Positions 10,810 through 20,984 of a stretch of DNA of 64,000 bases are shown one piece after another; within the stretch, counting starts at the first letter, position 1, and the number at the start of each line of letters is the position of its first letter. The position numbers and the translations under genes were made by a program. The notes beneath the pieces were generated by a model. It was given only the letters and a program-made list of their open reading frames with translations, was not told the origin of the DNA and did no database searches. Source of the stretch: Bdellovibrionales bacterium (GTDB lineage Bacteria > Bdellovibrionota > Bdellovibrionia > Bdellovibrionales > JAKFYE01); assembly GCA_965116215.1 (NCBI GenBank), contig OZ220494.1:869408-933407 (forward strand), written 5' to 3'.

Positions 10810-11097
10810 ATGAGGCTTTATTTGCAAGGTCAATTGCAAGTCGTGTTTGATGCACTTTATGAACTAGGAGTTATTGAACCTGTATTACACACCGATTGGT
10901 CCCGTGCAATGACTGAACTTCCCAAGTATCGTAAAGATTATGAAAGGGCTCTCGAAGTGATAAATAACACCCCGAAGACAGTAACCGATCTTATTTATCA
11001 TCTTAAAGATTTTTCCCCTGAGACCTTAGGTTATGTTGCAATGGAAGTTGGAAAAGAATTTGTCGATTATCAATCCCGAACAACAATATTGCATTGA
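10810..11097 (+). CDS. Small hypothetical protein
   Basis: ATG at 10810 after GGAG; avoids the overlap with phoH2 seen in the 10660 ORF call. Confidence 0.65.
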   Translation: MRLYLQGQLQVVFDALYELGVIEPVLHTDWSRAMTELPKYRKDYERALEVINNTPKTVTDLIYHLKDFSPETLGYVAMEVGKEFVDYQSRTTILH

Positions 11098-11110
11098 ATC
11101 TGAAAACAGA

Positions 11111-11162
11111 TTTCCGATGGCATCGAGCACTATCTAGCCAAGGCTTTTAGCCTTCGGCAAAA
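11111..11162. terminator. Hairpin between convergent genes, formed from a 44-nt fragment of the MITE-like element
   Basis: 11116-11159 equals 13793-13836 with one mismatch; CCGATGGC..GCCTTCGG imperfect stem. Confidence 0.5.
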
Positions 11163-11163
11163 G

Positions 11164-11673
11164 CTATAACTTTGAAAACAGCTTATCACCTTTATCTCTT
11201 TGAAGATTACGGCTAATGGTTTCTATAAATTTGACAAAGTAAAACAAAGTCTCTTCATCTAAAGAATCTTGCACAAAACTGACACCCTGTCGATAAATAC
11301 CCTCTTCAGGAATATGCCTTGTATTATTAATCCTTACAAAAAATGGAAAATATGTGTATTGGGACAAGTAGACCCTCATGGCAAACTCTTTGCCAGGTTT
11401 TAAACTACCGTACTCAAATTCAATATCAAAAGCGAGTCCCTTTTCTGAAATATCAAAAAGGGCAACTCTTTTGAGCCCTTTTTCAGGCACAACAATATAG
11501 GCCTCTATAAATTCCGTAAGAATTATTCTCCGCACCTTTCTCCTCTCCTGTTGGAGAGCTTCCAACCTCCGCTTTGTCATATCAGTAATCCCACAGTCCG
11601 CTACAGGAACGACTTCCTCTTTCTTTTTCTTATGACGACGAACCTTTATATCAATGACATTATTATTAGACAT
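11164..11673 (-). CDS. PilZ-domain c-di-GMP receptor
   Basis: RxxxR (ERRKVRR) and DxSxxG (DISEKG); start likely MSNNNVIDI at 11673. Confidence 0.85.
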   Translation of the reverse strand: MSNNNVIDIKVRRHKKKKEEVVPVADCGITDMTKRRLEALQQERRKVRRIILTEFIEAYIVVPEKGLKRVALFDISEKGLAFDIEFEYGSLKPGKEFAMRVYLSQYTYFPFFVRINNTRHIPEEGIYRQGVSFVQDSLDEETLFYFVKFIETISRNLQRDKGDKLFSKL

Positions 11674-11813
11674 TTGCCCCCCGAGTCCCCTGACAACAAC
11701 TCTATCGGTTAAATAGTGTCTCAACTTTAGACTTTATCTGAATGTTCGATAGGTTATTGAGTAGAAACAGTTTTTCTAAAAAGATATTTAAGTATATTGC
11801 TGCTTTCAAAAGA

Positions 11814-12659
11814 TTATTGGGAAAGTCTATCCAATAGGACTTCAATAGGTATTGCAAAGTATCTACGTTTTTCAAAAGAATCAGGTTTAGATTTCTGAGA
11901 TGAAAATATTCCAGAATTAATGCCAATGACTTCACCTTTGAAGTTCACTAGAGGCCCACCACTTGATCCGGATAAAAGGTGAGCGGAATGTACATATACC
12001 CTCTCGAAAGAAAGTGTTATTTTTTTATTTCTTTCAATAGAGTACTCTTTGAACTCAGAGTCTATTATTACACCTAATGACTCTCCAATAGAATAATGTT
12101 TAGCATTTTTATTATGGTTTAATAATTTAAAAAATAAATTATTCTCTTTTTTATTACGGATTGTAGGAAATCCTATAGAATACACAGTGTCTTTAATTTG
12201 AGATTTTTCTGTTGAGAGTGTTGCAATAGAAAAGACCTCATCCCCTTTGAGCGGGATCTCTAAGATAACAAGATCTTTTTCAATTATTATTTCTTTATAG
12301 ATCTTAGAAGTGAGCATGAATCTGTACGACATATTATTAGAATAAGTCACTGTTATAGAAAAAAGTCCTTCTAAAAGCAAATCACAATAGACTGTATGAT
12401 AATTAGTGACAACCCAAATAGAATTTTTCACAGTATCATGCTTTATAATAAAGCCTGAGCCTATTCTCTTTTTTCTCAAATGAGGAGCATGACGTACACT
12501 ACTCACATTTAATCGAACAACAGAGTTCCATACATCTTGTAGGCTATCTGGCAACTTCTCATTAGATTGAGCGTAACTAGGAATTTGTAATCCTAGACTG
12601 AAAATAATAGATAAAAATAAAAATTGGAGATCACATATTGATCTTGACTTTTTCGCCAT
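11814..12659 (-). CDS. Secreted trypsin-like serine protease, paralog A
   Basis: Signal peptide; IGSGF, VTNYH (His), EKDLVIL (Asp), SGSSGGPL (Ser). Confidence 0.9.
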   Translation of the reverse strand: MAKKSRSICDLQFLFLSIIFSLGLQIPSYAQSNEKLPDSLQDVWNSVVRLNVSSVRHAPHLRKKRIGSGFIIKHDTVKNSIWVVTNYHTVYCDLLLEGLFSITVTYSNNMSYRFMLTSKIYKEIIIEKDLVILEIPLKGDEVFSIATLSTEKSQIKDTVYSIGFPTIRNKKENNLFFKLLNHNKNAKHYSIGESLGVIIDSEFKEYSIERNKKITLSFERVYVHSAHLLSGSSGGPLVNFKGEVIGINSGIFSSQKSKPDSFEKRRYFAIPIEVLLDRLSQ

Positions 12660-13314
12660 TTTTAATCCCTACCTCGGAAGAAGTTTGACTAGCAAACTTC
12701 TTCCGACTGACTATAAACTCTATAAGCTTCCTATTCAAAAACAGAACTTTTTGAAATACTTCTTTTGTGATCCACTGAGACTTTTCAATAAAAGAAACAA
12801 GATGCACCACGCCACCAAAAATTCCGGCAGTTAAAATAAAACATGTTAACAAGCTTAAAGCTCCAAAAATTCCAAAAAAATGCTTTAATGTTCCACCAAT
12901 AATGATTCCTAACATCCCCCCTGCCCCATATTCTAATCTCTGACTTGCACCTATCCATTCTGTCGCCTCAAAAATAGTTAAATAACTTCCTACAAGAACA
13001 AGAAATGCAAACTGAAATATAACTAAAGAGGACATAGGTTTAGCTGCAAGGACAACATCCTCTACTGCCTGTACACGCTCAATGAGATTCTTCCCTATGA
13101 TAAATAAGGAAATAGCTATCCCAAAATACGCATAACCAAAGAGGGATAACCCTATATCCATCATCTGTTTTCCATATTCACCCAACAAACTTGAAAACAC
13201 TTTGGGATCCAATACGAGATAAAACATTCCACCGGAAACAACGAACAAACATCCTACTAAGGTCACTAATAAAATAATTTCCTGAAAACGAGTTTGAAGC
13301 CGTGATAACATCAT
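12631..13314 (-). CDS. Membrane protein resembling a stand-alone FtsK 4TM domain
   Basis: LLGEYG...LFGYAY and GAGGMLG...LKHFFGIFGA pattern; no motor domain. Confidence 0.6.
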   Translation of the reverse strand: MMLSRLQTRFQEIILLVTLVGCLFVVSGGMFYLVLDPKVFSSLLGEYGKQMMDIGLSLFGYAYFGIAISLFIIGKNLIERVQAVEDVVLAAKPMSSLVIFQFAFLVLVGSYLTIFEATEWIGASQRLEYGAGGMLGIIIGGTLKHFFGIFGALSLLTCFILTAGIFGGVVHLVSFIEKSQWITKEVFQKVLFLNRKLIEFIVSRKKFASQTSSEVGIKNGEKVKINM

Positions 13315-13567
13315 ATACCTCTCTTGTAATGTTCTTTAAACATATCCTTTTTTCAAGATCTTCTTCTCTTTAGCTGCAAAAGAAATGCCCATATCCATAT
13401 CCCCTGAACAAAACGCAACCTCTTTCATTTTGGCCATTTTTAAATCTTTTGACAGTTTTTGACACCTCAGAAACCCATTAGAGACGATTTTTGTTAAAAG
13501 GAAGTTCTATAGAGCTGACGCTTTTAGACTGCGGCCTATTCAGCTTGCACTTTTAGGCTCTGCAGTG

Positions 13568-13675
13568 GAAAAAGGCTTTTATTTTTCTCTTAAAGCGAGT
13601 TTTTCAAAGCGCAGGGCGTATTTTGAAGAAAGACGAGCTGCGGACCTCAGAGTTGTTTGAGCTTTTGGAAGCCTT
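13568..13675. repeat. Partial rearranged copy of the MITE-like element
   Basis: 13631-13675 duplicates 13838-13882; ~13568-13621 matches the reverse complement of 209-263. Confidence 0.8.
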
Positions 13676-13709
13676 AAAAATGATTTGTGCCACTCAGAGA
13701 ATATAAGGA

Positions 13710-13898
13710 AGGAAGAGTTTTTCTGAAGGATTTCAAAACGAGTTCTCTGAGGCGCAGGGCGTATCCGTGGAGGGATCGTTTATTCTATGCTTGATGGCAT
13801 CGAGCACTATCCAGCCAAGGCTTTTAGCCTTCGGCAGAGACGAGCTGCGGACCTCAGAGTTGTTTGAGCTTTTGGAAGCCTTCAGAAAAACTCTTCCT
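13710..13898. mobile_element. MITE-like non-coding element, 189 bp, with perfect 20-bp terminal inverted repeats
   Basis: AGGAAGAGTTTTTCTGAAGG (13710-13729) and CCTTCAGAAAAACTCTTCCT (13879-13898); related copies at 12-395, 11116 and 13568; no clear target-site duplication, no transposase in the window. Confidence 0.7.
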
Positions 13899-14114
13899 CT
13901 TACTATCTTACAAAAGCAAAGCCTGAAGAAAAACTAGCTTATTCTATCCTTGAGCGACATCCAGCTTACGATTTTATTGAACCCCTAAATAGACAAAATA
14001 CCTACTTTTCACAATCATTACAACTATTTCCATCTTATAAAAATCCACTCAAAGTGTCATGAACTCCATTCAATTATTGTCACAACTTTCCGATAAGTTC
14101 AATAGGGTGGAGCT

Positions 14115-15035
14115 TTGACAAAAAAAAAGACAAAACATAAGAAAAAATCTTCTGACTTCACAGGAAAGCTGTTAATGAATGCTCCCATCTCTTCTTATAT
14201 TGATAATACCTCTAACGATACAAACACCTTGAATTATAAAAATCCCTCAAACCCTCATTCCACCTCTAGCCAGATAGACCCTTCCGATGCCACTGAAATT
14301 TTAGGAAACCCTGAATCCTCAAAAAAGGATATCCCCAATAATCCATCAGTCTCCTCCGAAAACATATCCTCACTCAGTCAAATTTTTAAATCAAATGAAC
14401 AAGATAAATCCTCTACACCACAAGAGCATTCATTAAAACAGTCAGAACACTTACATATAGCCCAACAACGCATCTCTGAGTTGGAAAAAACTATTGATGG
14501 TCTTCGTAAAGAAAATGAACAGATCCTAATATCAAGCGAGACTATTGAAACTCATAATGAAGAATTAAAGGCCAAATTAAACACATTAGAAAAAGACCAT
14601 AAAGAGAACTTAGAGATCCTTAAACAAGAGGTAATAATACTCAAAACAAGTTTATCCTCTAAAGACGAAGACATATTAAAACTAAAATATAAGAATCAAG
14701 AACTAGAAAGAAGTTTAAATACAAATTTTAAACATGTGCGATCCCGCGAAAGAGAATTAGAAAACAGATTGGAAATTCTAAGAATGGAAGGCTCTGCGGT
14801 TGTCCAAAACAAAGATGAAGCCCTCTTAGAACTCAAGAGCAAAATAGATCAACTCACTCATCAAATAGACAACTATAGAATTAAAAATAAAGATTTTAAT
14901 ACATTTATTGAAGAACAACAAAGTAAAGTAAGAAAAGCAGTCAAAGGTCTTCGCCTTACGCTTTCATTACTAGAAAGTGGTCATGAAAGTAGTACCCCAA
15001 GCTCTTCACCCGCTATTGTCAAGAACATTAAATGA
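14115..15035 (+). CDS. Coiled-coil hypothetical protein with a disordered N-terminus
   Basis: S/N/P-rich N-terminus followed by a long heptad region. Confidence 0.7.
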   Translation: MTKKKTKHKKKSSDFTGKLLMNAPISSYIDNTSNDTNTLNYKNPSNPHSTSSQIDPSDATEILGNPESSKKDIPNNPSVSSENISSLSQIFKSNEQDKSSTPQEHSLKQSEHLHIAQQRISELEKTIDGLRKENEQILISSETIETHNEELKAKLNTLEKDHKENLEILKQEVIILKTSLSSKDEDILKLKYKNQELERSLNTNFKHVRSRERELENRLEILRMEGSAVVQNKDEALLELKSKIDQLTHQIDNYRIKNKDFNTFIEEQQSKVRKAVKGLRLTLSLLESGHESSTPSSSPAIVKNIK

Positions 15036-15256
15036 ATTATATATTTAAAATATCCACCTCCTTTTCTATGAACACTTGACTTTTTTTATCTTAGGTCAAA
15101 ACGACACAAGGCCCAAGATCTCTTCGCCCGAAATAGAGGAATAGGAATTAGTAGGGGATAAAAAATCACCTTTACAAAACAAATCATTGAAATCATTGAG
15201 AGAGCTATGTATGAAAAAGAGGAAAGAATTCGAATAAAGATACGAGAACATATTGG

Positions 15257-16360
15257 ATGGAAAAAAAGCGTATAAAACTAGTTGTTAGTGATCTACATAT
15301 AGGTGTAGGACGCACTCTAAAGACAGGACAAGCAAATTCACTTGAAGAATTTTTCTATGATGAAAAATTCTCTGAATTTATAGATTACTACACTTCCGGA
15401 GAATATACCGACTGTGAAGTAGAACTAATACTTAATGGTGACATATTTAATTTCCTACAAGTTGATTATAGAGGGCATTTTCTTACAGTTGAAACACAGG
15501 ATATGTCTTTAGAAAAAATGCAAAGAATAGTTGAAGGACACCCTGTTTTTTTTAAAACTCTTAAAAATTTTATAAAATCAGGTCATCAAATCACCTATAT
15601 TGTTGGTAACCATGATCAAGCTATGCTTTGGCCAAAAATTAGAGAATACGTTAACACAATTGTAGGGGGTTCCATCAGATATAAAAACATTGTTTATTAT
15701 TTTGATGGCATACACATCGAGCATGGCCATATGTACGAAATAGCTAATCGGATAGACCCTAAAAAATTCTTTTTAAAACGTAATATTCCAGAACCTATAC
15801 TCAACTTTCCATTTGGCTCCCATTTCTTTGTGGAATTTGTATTAGAACTAAAAAAACTCAATCCTTTTGTTGGCAAAGTACGTCCCTTCAGAAATTCTAT
15901 TCGTTGGAACCTGATAAACGATTTTATGTTCACCATAAAATCTGTCTTTAAACTTTTTCGTTATTTCATTAAAGCTGCTATGAATGGTGGAAAAAACAAT
16001 CGACGTCAATGGTCTATAAAAAGTCTGCTTGAAATCTTTTTGAGAGGACCCATTTTTCCAGATCTTTCTCTTGCTGCTAAGAAATTATTAGAAGATGAAC
16101 GCATTAAAAAAGTTATTTTTGGACATTCACATGTCTATACTTTTAGACAGTGGAATGACAAAGAATACTTTAATACAGGCACATGGACAGAAGTCACATC
16201 ATTAGATACAGCCTCTCTTGGTAAAATTACTAAACTCACATATGTTCTCATTGAATATCCTGAAGCTCCAGAGGACAAAGAATTATCCGTCACCCCTCAA
16301 GCTCGCTTAAAAGAATGGTGTGGTTACCATCGTATTGAAGAAGATATCGATGTTTCATAA
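15257..16360 (+). CDS. Calcineurin-like metallophosphoesterase
   Basis: SDLH, NGD, GNHD, HGH, GHSH motifs. Confidence 0.9.
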   Translation: MEKKRIKLVVSDLHIGVGRTLKTGQANSLEEFFYDEKFSEFIDYYTSGEYTDCEVELILNGDIFNFLQVDYRGHFLTVETQDMSLEKMQRIVEGHPVFFKTLKNFIKSGHQITYIVGNHDQAMLWPKIREYVNTIVGGSIRYKNIVYYFDGIHIEHGHMYEIANRIDPKKFFLKRNIPEPILNFPFGSHFFVEFVLELKKLNPFVGKVRPFRNSIRWNLINDFMFTIKSVFKLFRYFIKAAMNGGKNNRRQWSIKSLLEIFLRGPIFPDLSLAAKKLLEDERIKKVIFGHSHVYTFRQWNDKEYFNTGTWTEVTSLDTASLGKITKLTYVLIEYPEAPEDKELSVTPQARLKEWCGYHRIEEDIDVS

Positions 16361-16542
16361 ATTCAAGTCTTAGGCATATATCTATAGAACAAATGAGAAA
16401 AACTGAGGAAATATACATTAAAACATATCTTTAGTAACAAAAACTTTCCTAAACCCTTTTCAATCAAAAGAACATAGAAATTGAATAACCACATTATAGT
16501 CAGTATATTAAAGAGGTACACATACCTTGAGGAAATGAAAAG

Positions 16543-17757
16543 ATGTTAGAAATTCAAACAGATCTTTTAAAATTAAAACCTCAATCTATAGAGAAAGCCC
16601 AAAAATCATTAAATCAGTTATTAAAGCGCACCGACGTTGGATTCACTAAGCTACCGGAAAGAACTGAGTTATGGGAGAGTTCTTTAAAACGAGCTAAAGA
16701 ACTCAGATCTTCCAATACCGACCTTGGAATTGTTGGTATTGGAGGCAGTTCTTTAGGTAATAAAGTCATTGCTCATTTGTTTAACGACTCCCATCTTATT
16801 TTCTTTGAAAATGTAGACCCCACTCAATTTGATAAGGAGTGGGAATCTATTAAAGATTTAAATAAGATACATTGGCTCATCATCTCTAAAAGTGGACAAA
16901 CTATAGAGACACTTAGCTTATCTGAAATCATTTTTAAAAGATTAAAGGAAAACGGGATTCACCTTTCAAAGGTATCAACTGTCATCACAGAGAGACAAAA
17001 TAATCCCCTCTCTCGATGGGCTCGTAAAAACAATGTCCCTCAGCTCGATATCCCACTAGATGTTGGAGGGCGATACAGCATCCTCACACCTGTTGGTTTG
17101 CTCCCCTTAAGTTTTCTAAATGCAGATTTAGAACATGTGAAAGCTGGGGCCATAGCTGCTTTAGAAGATAGAAATAAAGTTTCTGAATTCATGGCCTACG
17201 CTTTAGAAAGCTTTGATCGAGAGGAAAATATAACAGTATTTTGGTCTTACTCTAATAGTCTAAGGTTCTTTGGGGATTGGATGCAACAGCTCTGGGCGGA
17301 GTCCCTTGGAAAAAAGATAGATTGCTCTCAAAAACCAAATCTTTCTGTCAGCTCTCCTCTACCTCTTATTGGAGTCAATGACCAACACTCTGTTCAGCAA
17401 CAAATCATTCAAGGGCCCAAAAATAAATTAGTTATATTTCTCAGAGTACGAAGGATTGAAAACTATGGGGAAAAAATAGATCAAACAGTATTTGAAGCAC
17501 ACCCTGAAATGGTAGGCAAAAGCCTTGGGGAACTCTTAGGCGTTGAAGCACAGGCGACTTCTCAGGCTCTCAATCAAAATAATGTCTCGAATCTAACTAT
17601 TTTTCTCTCTGATCTAGACGAATGGCATCTGGGATACTTTTTCATGTTCTTTCAATTAGCGATCGCTGGGATAGGTGAGGCTTTAAATATTAATGCTTTT
17701 AATCAACCAGGTGTTGATCTAGGTAAAAGATTAACTAAAAAACTATTGAATCACTAA
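16543..17757 (+). CDS. pgi: Glucose-6-phosphate isomerase
   Basis: GIGGSSLG, ISKSGQTIET, VGGRYS, QLWAESLGK, DQHS, FNQPGV. Confidence 0.93.
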   Translation: MLEIQTDLLKLKPQSIEKAQKSLNQLLKRTDVGFTKLPERTELWESSLKRAKELRSSNTDLGIVGIGGSSLGNKVIAHLFNDSHLIFFENVDPTQFDKEWESIKDLNKIHWLIISKSGQTIETLSLSEIIFKRLKENGIHLSKVSTVITERQNNPLSRWARKNNVPQLDIPLDVGGRYSILTPVGLLPLSFLNADLEHVKAGAIAALEDRNKVSEFMAYALESFDREENITVFWSYSNSLRFFGDWMQQLWAESLGKKIDCSQKPNLSVSSPLPLIGVNDQHSVQQQIIQGPKNKLVIFLRVRRIENYGEKIDQTVFEAHPEMVGKSLGELLGVEAQATSQALNQNNVSNLTIFLSDLDEWHLGYFFMFFQLAIAGIGEALNINAFNQPGVDLGKRLTKKLLNH

Positions 17758-17781
17758 TAAACCATTCTTATAATAAATAAA

Positions 17782-18720
17782 ATGGCCAATTCTAATAAAA
17801 AGCCAAAAGTATTTGAAGACAAAACCTCTGTTGTTTCAAGTAATACATTACAAATGCGATTAACAGAGGTTGTGAATACACCCCCTGCTCTTGTTCTTCT
17901 CATGGGCCCCGCCCATATGGTCGGTAAACAGTGGATGCTCACCAAATCAAATACTATTATTGGAAGAATTATAGAGTCTAATATCTTTATAGAAGATCGC
18001 AGCTTAAGTAAGAGACATCTAAGTCTACTAAAAACAGAAAAGGGTGTAGCTATCTTAGATCATAAATCAACAAATGGTACAGAATTAAATGGTGAAATCA
18101 TTCCTCCCAATAAAGCGATCCTCTTAAAAAACAATGATCACATTAAATGTGGAAATCTTATTTTTAAGTACCTTGCAAAAGGAAACATTGAATCCGTCAC
18201 AAATAAAGATACATATGATCGCACACAGATGGATCCTTTAACATGGATCTACAATAAAGAAGCCCTTTCAAATACAGGCAAAGAAGTTTTCAATCGTGCA
18301 AAGCTTACAGAGACAGCCCTCACCTGTATTGTCTTTGACTTAGATAATTTTAAGTCCGTCAATGACACTCATGGACACTCAGTAGGTGACTTTGTTCTAA
18401 AGGAAATGGCCAATGTTATTCTCAATACCTTAATTCGCCCTGGTGATTTTTTTGCCAGATTTGGAGGAGAAGAATTCTGTATTATACTTGTTGCCACACC
18501 CCTAACTCAAGGGGTTGAGATTGCTGAACGTATTCGGCAAACAATCTCCTGTCATACTTTTAACTACAATAAATCTATAGATCTGAATGTAACACTAAGT
18601 CTTGGGGTAGCATCTCTATCAAAAGACATTTCTTCATGGAGTGAACTTTTCAAGAAAGCCGATCAAGCATCCTATGTTTCTAAAAAATCTGGAAAAAACA
18701 AAGTCTCGTCTATTAAATAA
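17782..18720 (+). CDS. dgcB: FHA-GGDEF diguanylate cyclase, DgcB-like
   Basis: N-terminal DKTSVV tail, FHA (IIGR, SLSKRH, STNGT), RPGD I-site, GGEEF; architecture as in Bdellovibrio DgcB. Confidence 0.82.
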   Translation: MANSNKKPKVFEDKTSVVSSNTLQMRLTEVVNTPPALVLLMGPAHMVGKQWMLTKSNTIIGRIIESNIFIEDRSLSKRHLSLLKTEKGVAILDHKSTNGTELNGEIIPPNKAILLKNNDHIKCGNLIFKYLAKGNIESVTNKDTYDRTQMDPLTWIYNKEALSNTGKEVFNRAKLTETALTCIVFDLDNFKSVNDTHGHSVGDFVLKEMANVILNTLIRPGDFFARFGGEEFCIILVATPLTQGVEIAERIRQTISCHTFNYNKSIDLNVTLSLGVASLSKDISSWSELFKKADQASYVSKKSGKNKVSSIK

Positions 18721-18884
18721 TAAACACATATTGCTCTTGAGTCATTGGAATCTCCTTTTATTAAATTAAAAATTTATTCCAACAAATAAATTCTAACTGA
18801 GAGAGTCCTGCGTTTTTTATATCAAATATAATTTAAGTGCTGTAAACACTTCTCCAACCCTTTAGCCAATAAACATATATATTA

Positions 18885-19796
18885 TCAGATGGAAACAATC
18901 TTCTTATATTCTAATTGTCTAAGGTAAATATCTTCATCCACAATTGAACATAGCTTTTTTAATCCAAAATCTTCAATTGTATAGCTAGCTAAAATAGTAC
19001 CGTCGATACACCCTCCTTTTAAGGTCTCAAATGTGATATCTCCCTCTTGTTTTGCGAGATATCCAATCAACCCACCAGCAAATGTATCTCCAGCACCTGT
19101 TGGATCTACAACAGAGGTTACAGGAAATGAAGGAAGGATAAAAAACTTCTCCTTCGCATAAAGCATAAATCCATACGAGCCTCGCTTAATAACCACAGCA
19201 GAAACATCCATATTAGCCAATTCTTTAACAGCTTCCACTGAATTATTTTTATATGTCAATTGTAGTGATTCTTCTTCATTAAGAATCAAAATATCAACTC
19301 TCTTAATAACCTCAAGCAGCGACTCCCTCTTAGATCTAATCCAAAAGTCCATTGTATCTAAAGCAATAACTTTTGGGTTTTCAACTTGTTCTAACACCTT
19401 AAGTTGTAAATCAGGATCTATATTGGCTAAAAAAACGATATCTGCTTTTTTACAATTTTCGTTGAGAATAGGGTTGAATTTTGCAAATACAGCTAGTTCC
19501 GTATTAAGAGTAATTGCTGTATTCATATCCTCTTTATAGGCCCCCTCCCAATGAAAAGTTTTTCCAAAATCTTTCTGAATACCAGAGATATCAATATCTC
19601 TATCACTTAATAGAGCCATATTCTCATCAGTATAATCTTCTCCAACAATGCCAATAACACTTACAGGACAATAGCGTGAGGCCGTTACTGAAAAATAATT
19701 AGCCGAGCCCCCAAGAGTTTTACAAACCTTTCCCTTGATCGTGGATATAGTGTCATAAGCCAAACTACCAACAACTAGAATATGTGACATACTCAT
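18885..19796 (-). CDS. PfkB-family carbohydrate/nucleoside kinase
   Basis: LGGSANY; DPTGAGDTFAGG. Confidence 0.92.
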   Translation of the reverse strand: MSMSHILVVGSLAYDTISTIKGKVCKTLGGSANYFSVTASRYCPVSVIGIVGEDYTDENMALLSDRDIDISGIQKDFGKTFHWEGAYKEDMNTAITLNTELAVFAKFNPILNENCKKADIVFLANIDPDLQLKVLEQVENPKVIALDTMDFWIRSKRESLLEVIKRVDILILNEEESLQLTYKNNSVEAVKELANMDVSAVVIKRGSYGFMLYAKEKFFILPSFPVTSVVDPTGAGDTFAGGLIGYLAKQEGDITFETLKGGCIDGTILASYTIEDFGLKKLCSIVDEDIYLRQLEYKKIVSI

Positions 19797-19907
19797 AACC
19801 CCCTTATTCCAACTATTCTTTTAATATTTATTCACCACTTTTTCAAAATTCTCTAATTGAAATAAAACAATCTTTTCGCAATAATCTTTTTCCTAAGACT
19901 GTGTCCA

Positions 19908-20960
19908 TCAACACTGAAGTGTTCCTGGATGACCTTCAAAAGATGATCGCAACTGACCACACGCTGCATAAATATCCTTGCCCATAGTACGACGAAGTAA
20001 TACATGAACCCCAATTCTTTGAAGTTCTAAATGAAAAGCTCTTATTTTTTTATCTGGAGGTCGACAGAAACCTGACTGAGGGTACTCATTAAAAGGGATA
20101 ATATTCACTTTACAAGGAATACCCTCTGTTATTTTCTTAATCCGTTGGGCATCTTCTAAACTATCCGTCACTCCTTTTAAAAGTACATATTCAAAGGTGA
20201 CTTTATCTCGTGTTTTTTCTGTATACTCTTGACACGCTTTTAAGAGTTGGCTTAATGGCCACTTCTTATTAATTGGCATAAGAGAACTCCTGACCTCATC
20301 TGTCGTGCCATTTAAACTAATAGCTAATCGCGTACCACTTTCAATAACACGATGAAATTGATCGAGCACTCCAGAAGTAGAAATTGTTATTTTCTTTCTA
20401 GAAAAATTTAAACCCCAAGGAGAATTGAAAATTTCTACAGCTCGAAAAACATTATCTGGATTATCAAGAGGCTCTCCCATACCCATAAAAACAATATTGG
20501 TGATCCTCTGATCAGTGTTTTTCGCAGCTAAGATAAATTGTGTAACTATCTCACCTGCCGTTAATCGGCGTTTCATTTTCTGCTTTCCAGTAAAACAGAA
20601 TTTACATGCCATATTACAGCCCACTTCAGAAGAAAGACACAAAGTCAATCTTCCCGATGAAGGAATAAGAACAGACTCAACTGTGTCATCTCCCATGGCA
20701 AATAAAAGTTTTCGTGTGCCATCAGAACTTACACGATTTTTAAGAACCTTTGGAAGGTCAAAATGAAGCCATTCTCTGACTTGAACTCTAAAAAGTTTAG
20801 AGAGGTTTGTCATTTGAGAGAAGTCACTTATGCCCTTTTGATACTGCCATTGGTAAAGCTGTTGTGCACGATAGGATTGCTTTCCTAATCCCTTCAAATA
20901 GTCTGCCAATTCAGACAAGGTAAAATCGAAAAAACTACGAGCTACCATAAGGCCGTACAC
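19908..20960 (-). CDS. rlmN: 23S rRNA/tRNA C2-adenine methyltransferase
   Basis: CNMACKFC radical-SAM motif, MGMGEP, DIYAACGQL. Confidence 0.97.
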   Translation of the reverse strand: MYGLMVARSFFDFTLSELADYLKGLGKQSYRAQQLYQWQYQKGISDFSQMTNLSKLFRVQVREWLHFDLPKVLKNRVSSDGTRKLLFAMGDDTVESVLIPSSGRLTLCLSSEVGCNMACKFCFTGKQKMKRRLTAGEIVTQFILAAKNTDQRITNIVFMGMGEPLDNPDNVFRAVEIFNSPWGLNFSRKKITISTSGVLDQFHRVIESGTRLAISLNGTTDEVRSSLMPINKKWPLSQLLKACQEYTEKTRDKVTFEYVLLKGVTDSLEDAQRIKKITEGIPCKVNIIPFNEYPQSGFCRPPDKKIRAFHLELQRIGVHVLLRRTMGKDIYAACGQLRSSFEGHPGTLQC

Positions 20961-20984
20961 CTTATCCGTTCTCTTTCGAGCTGT

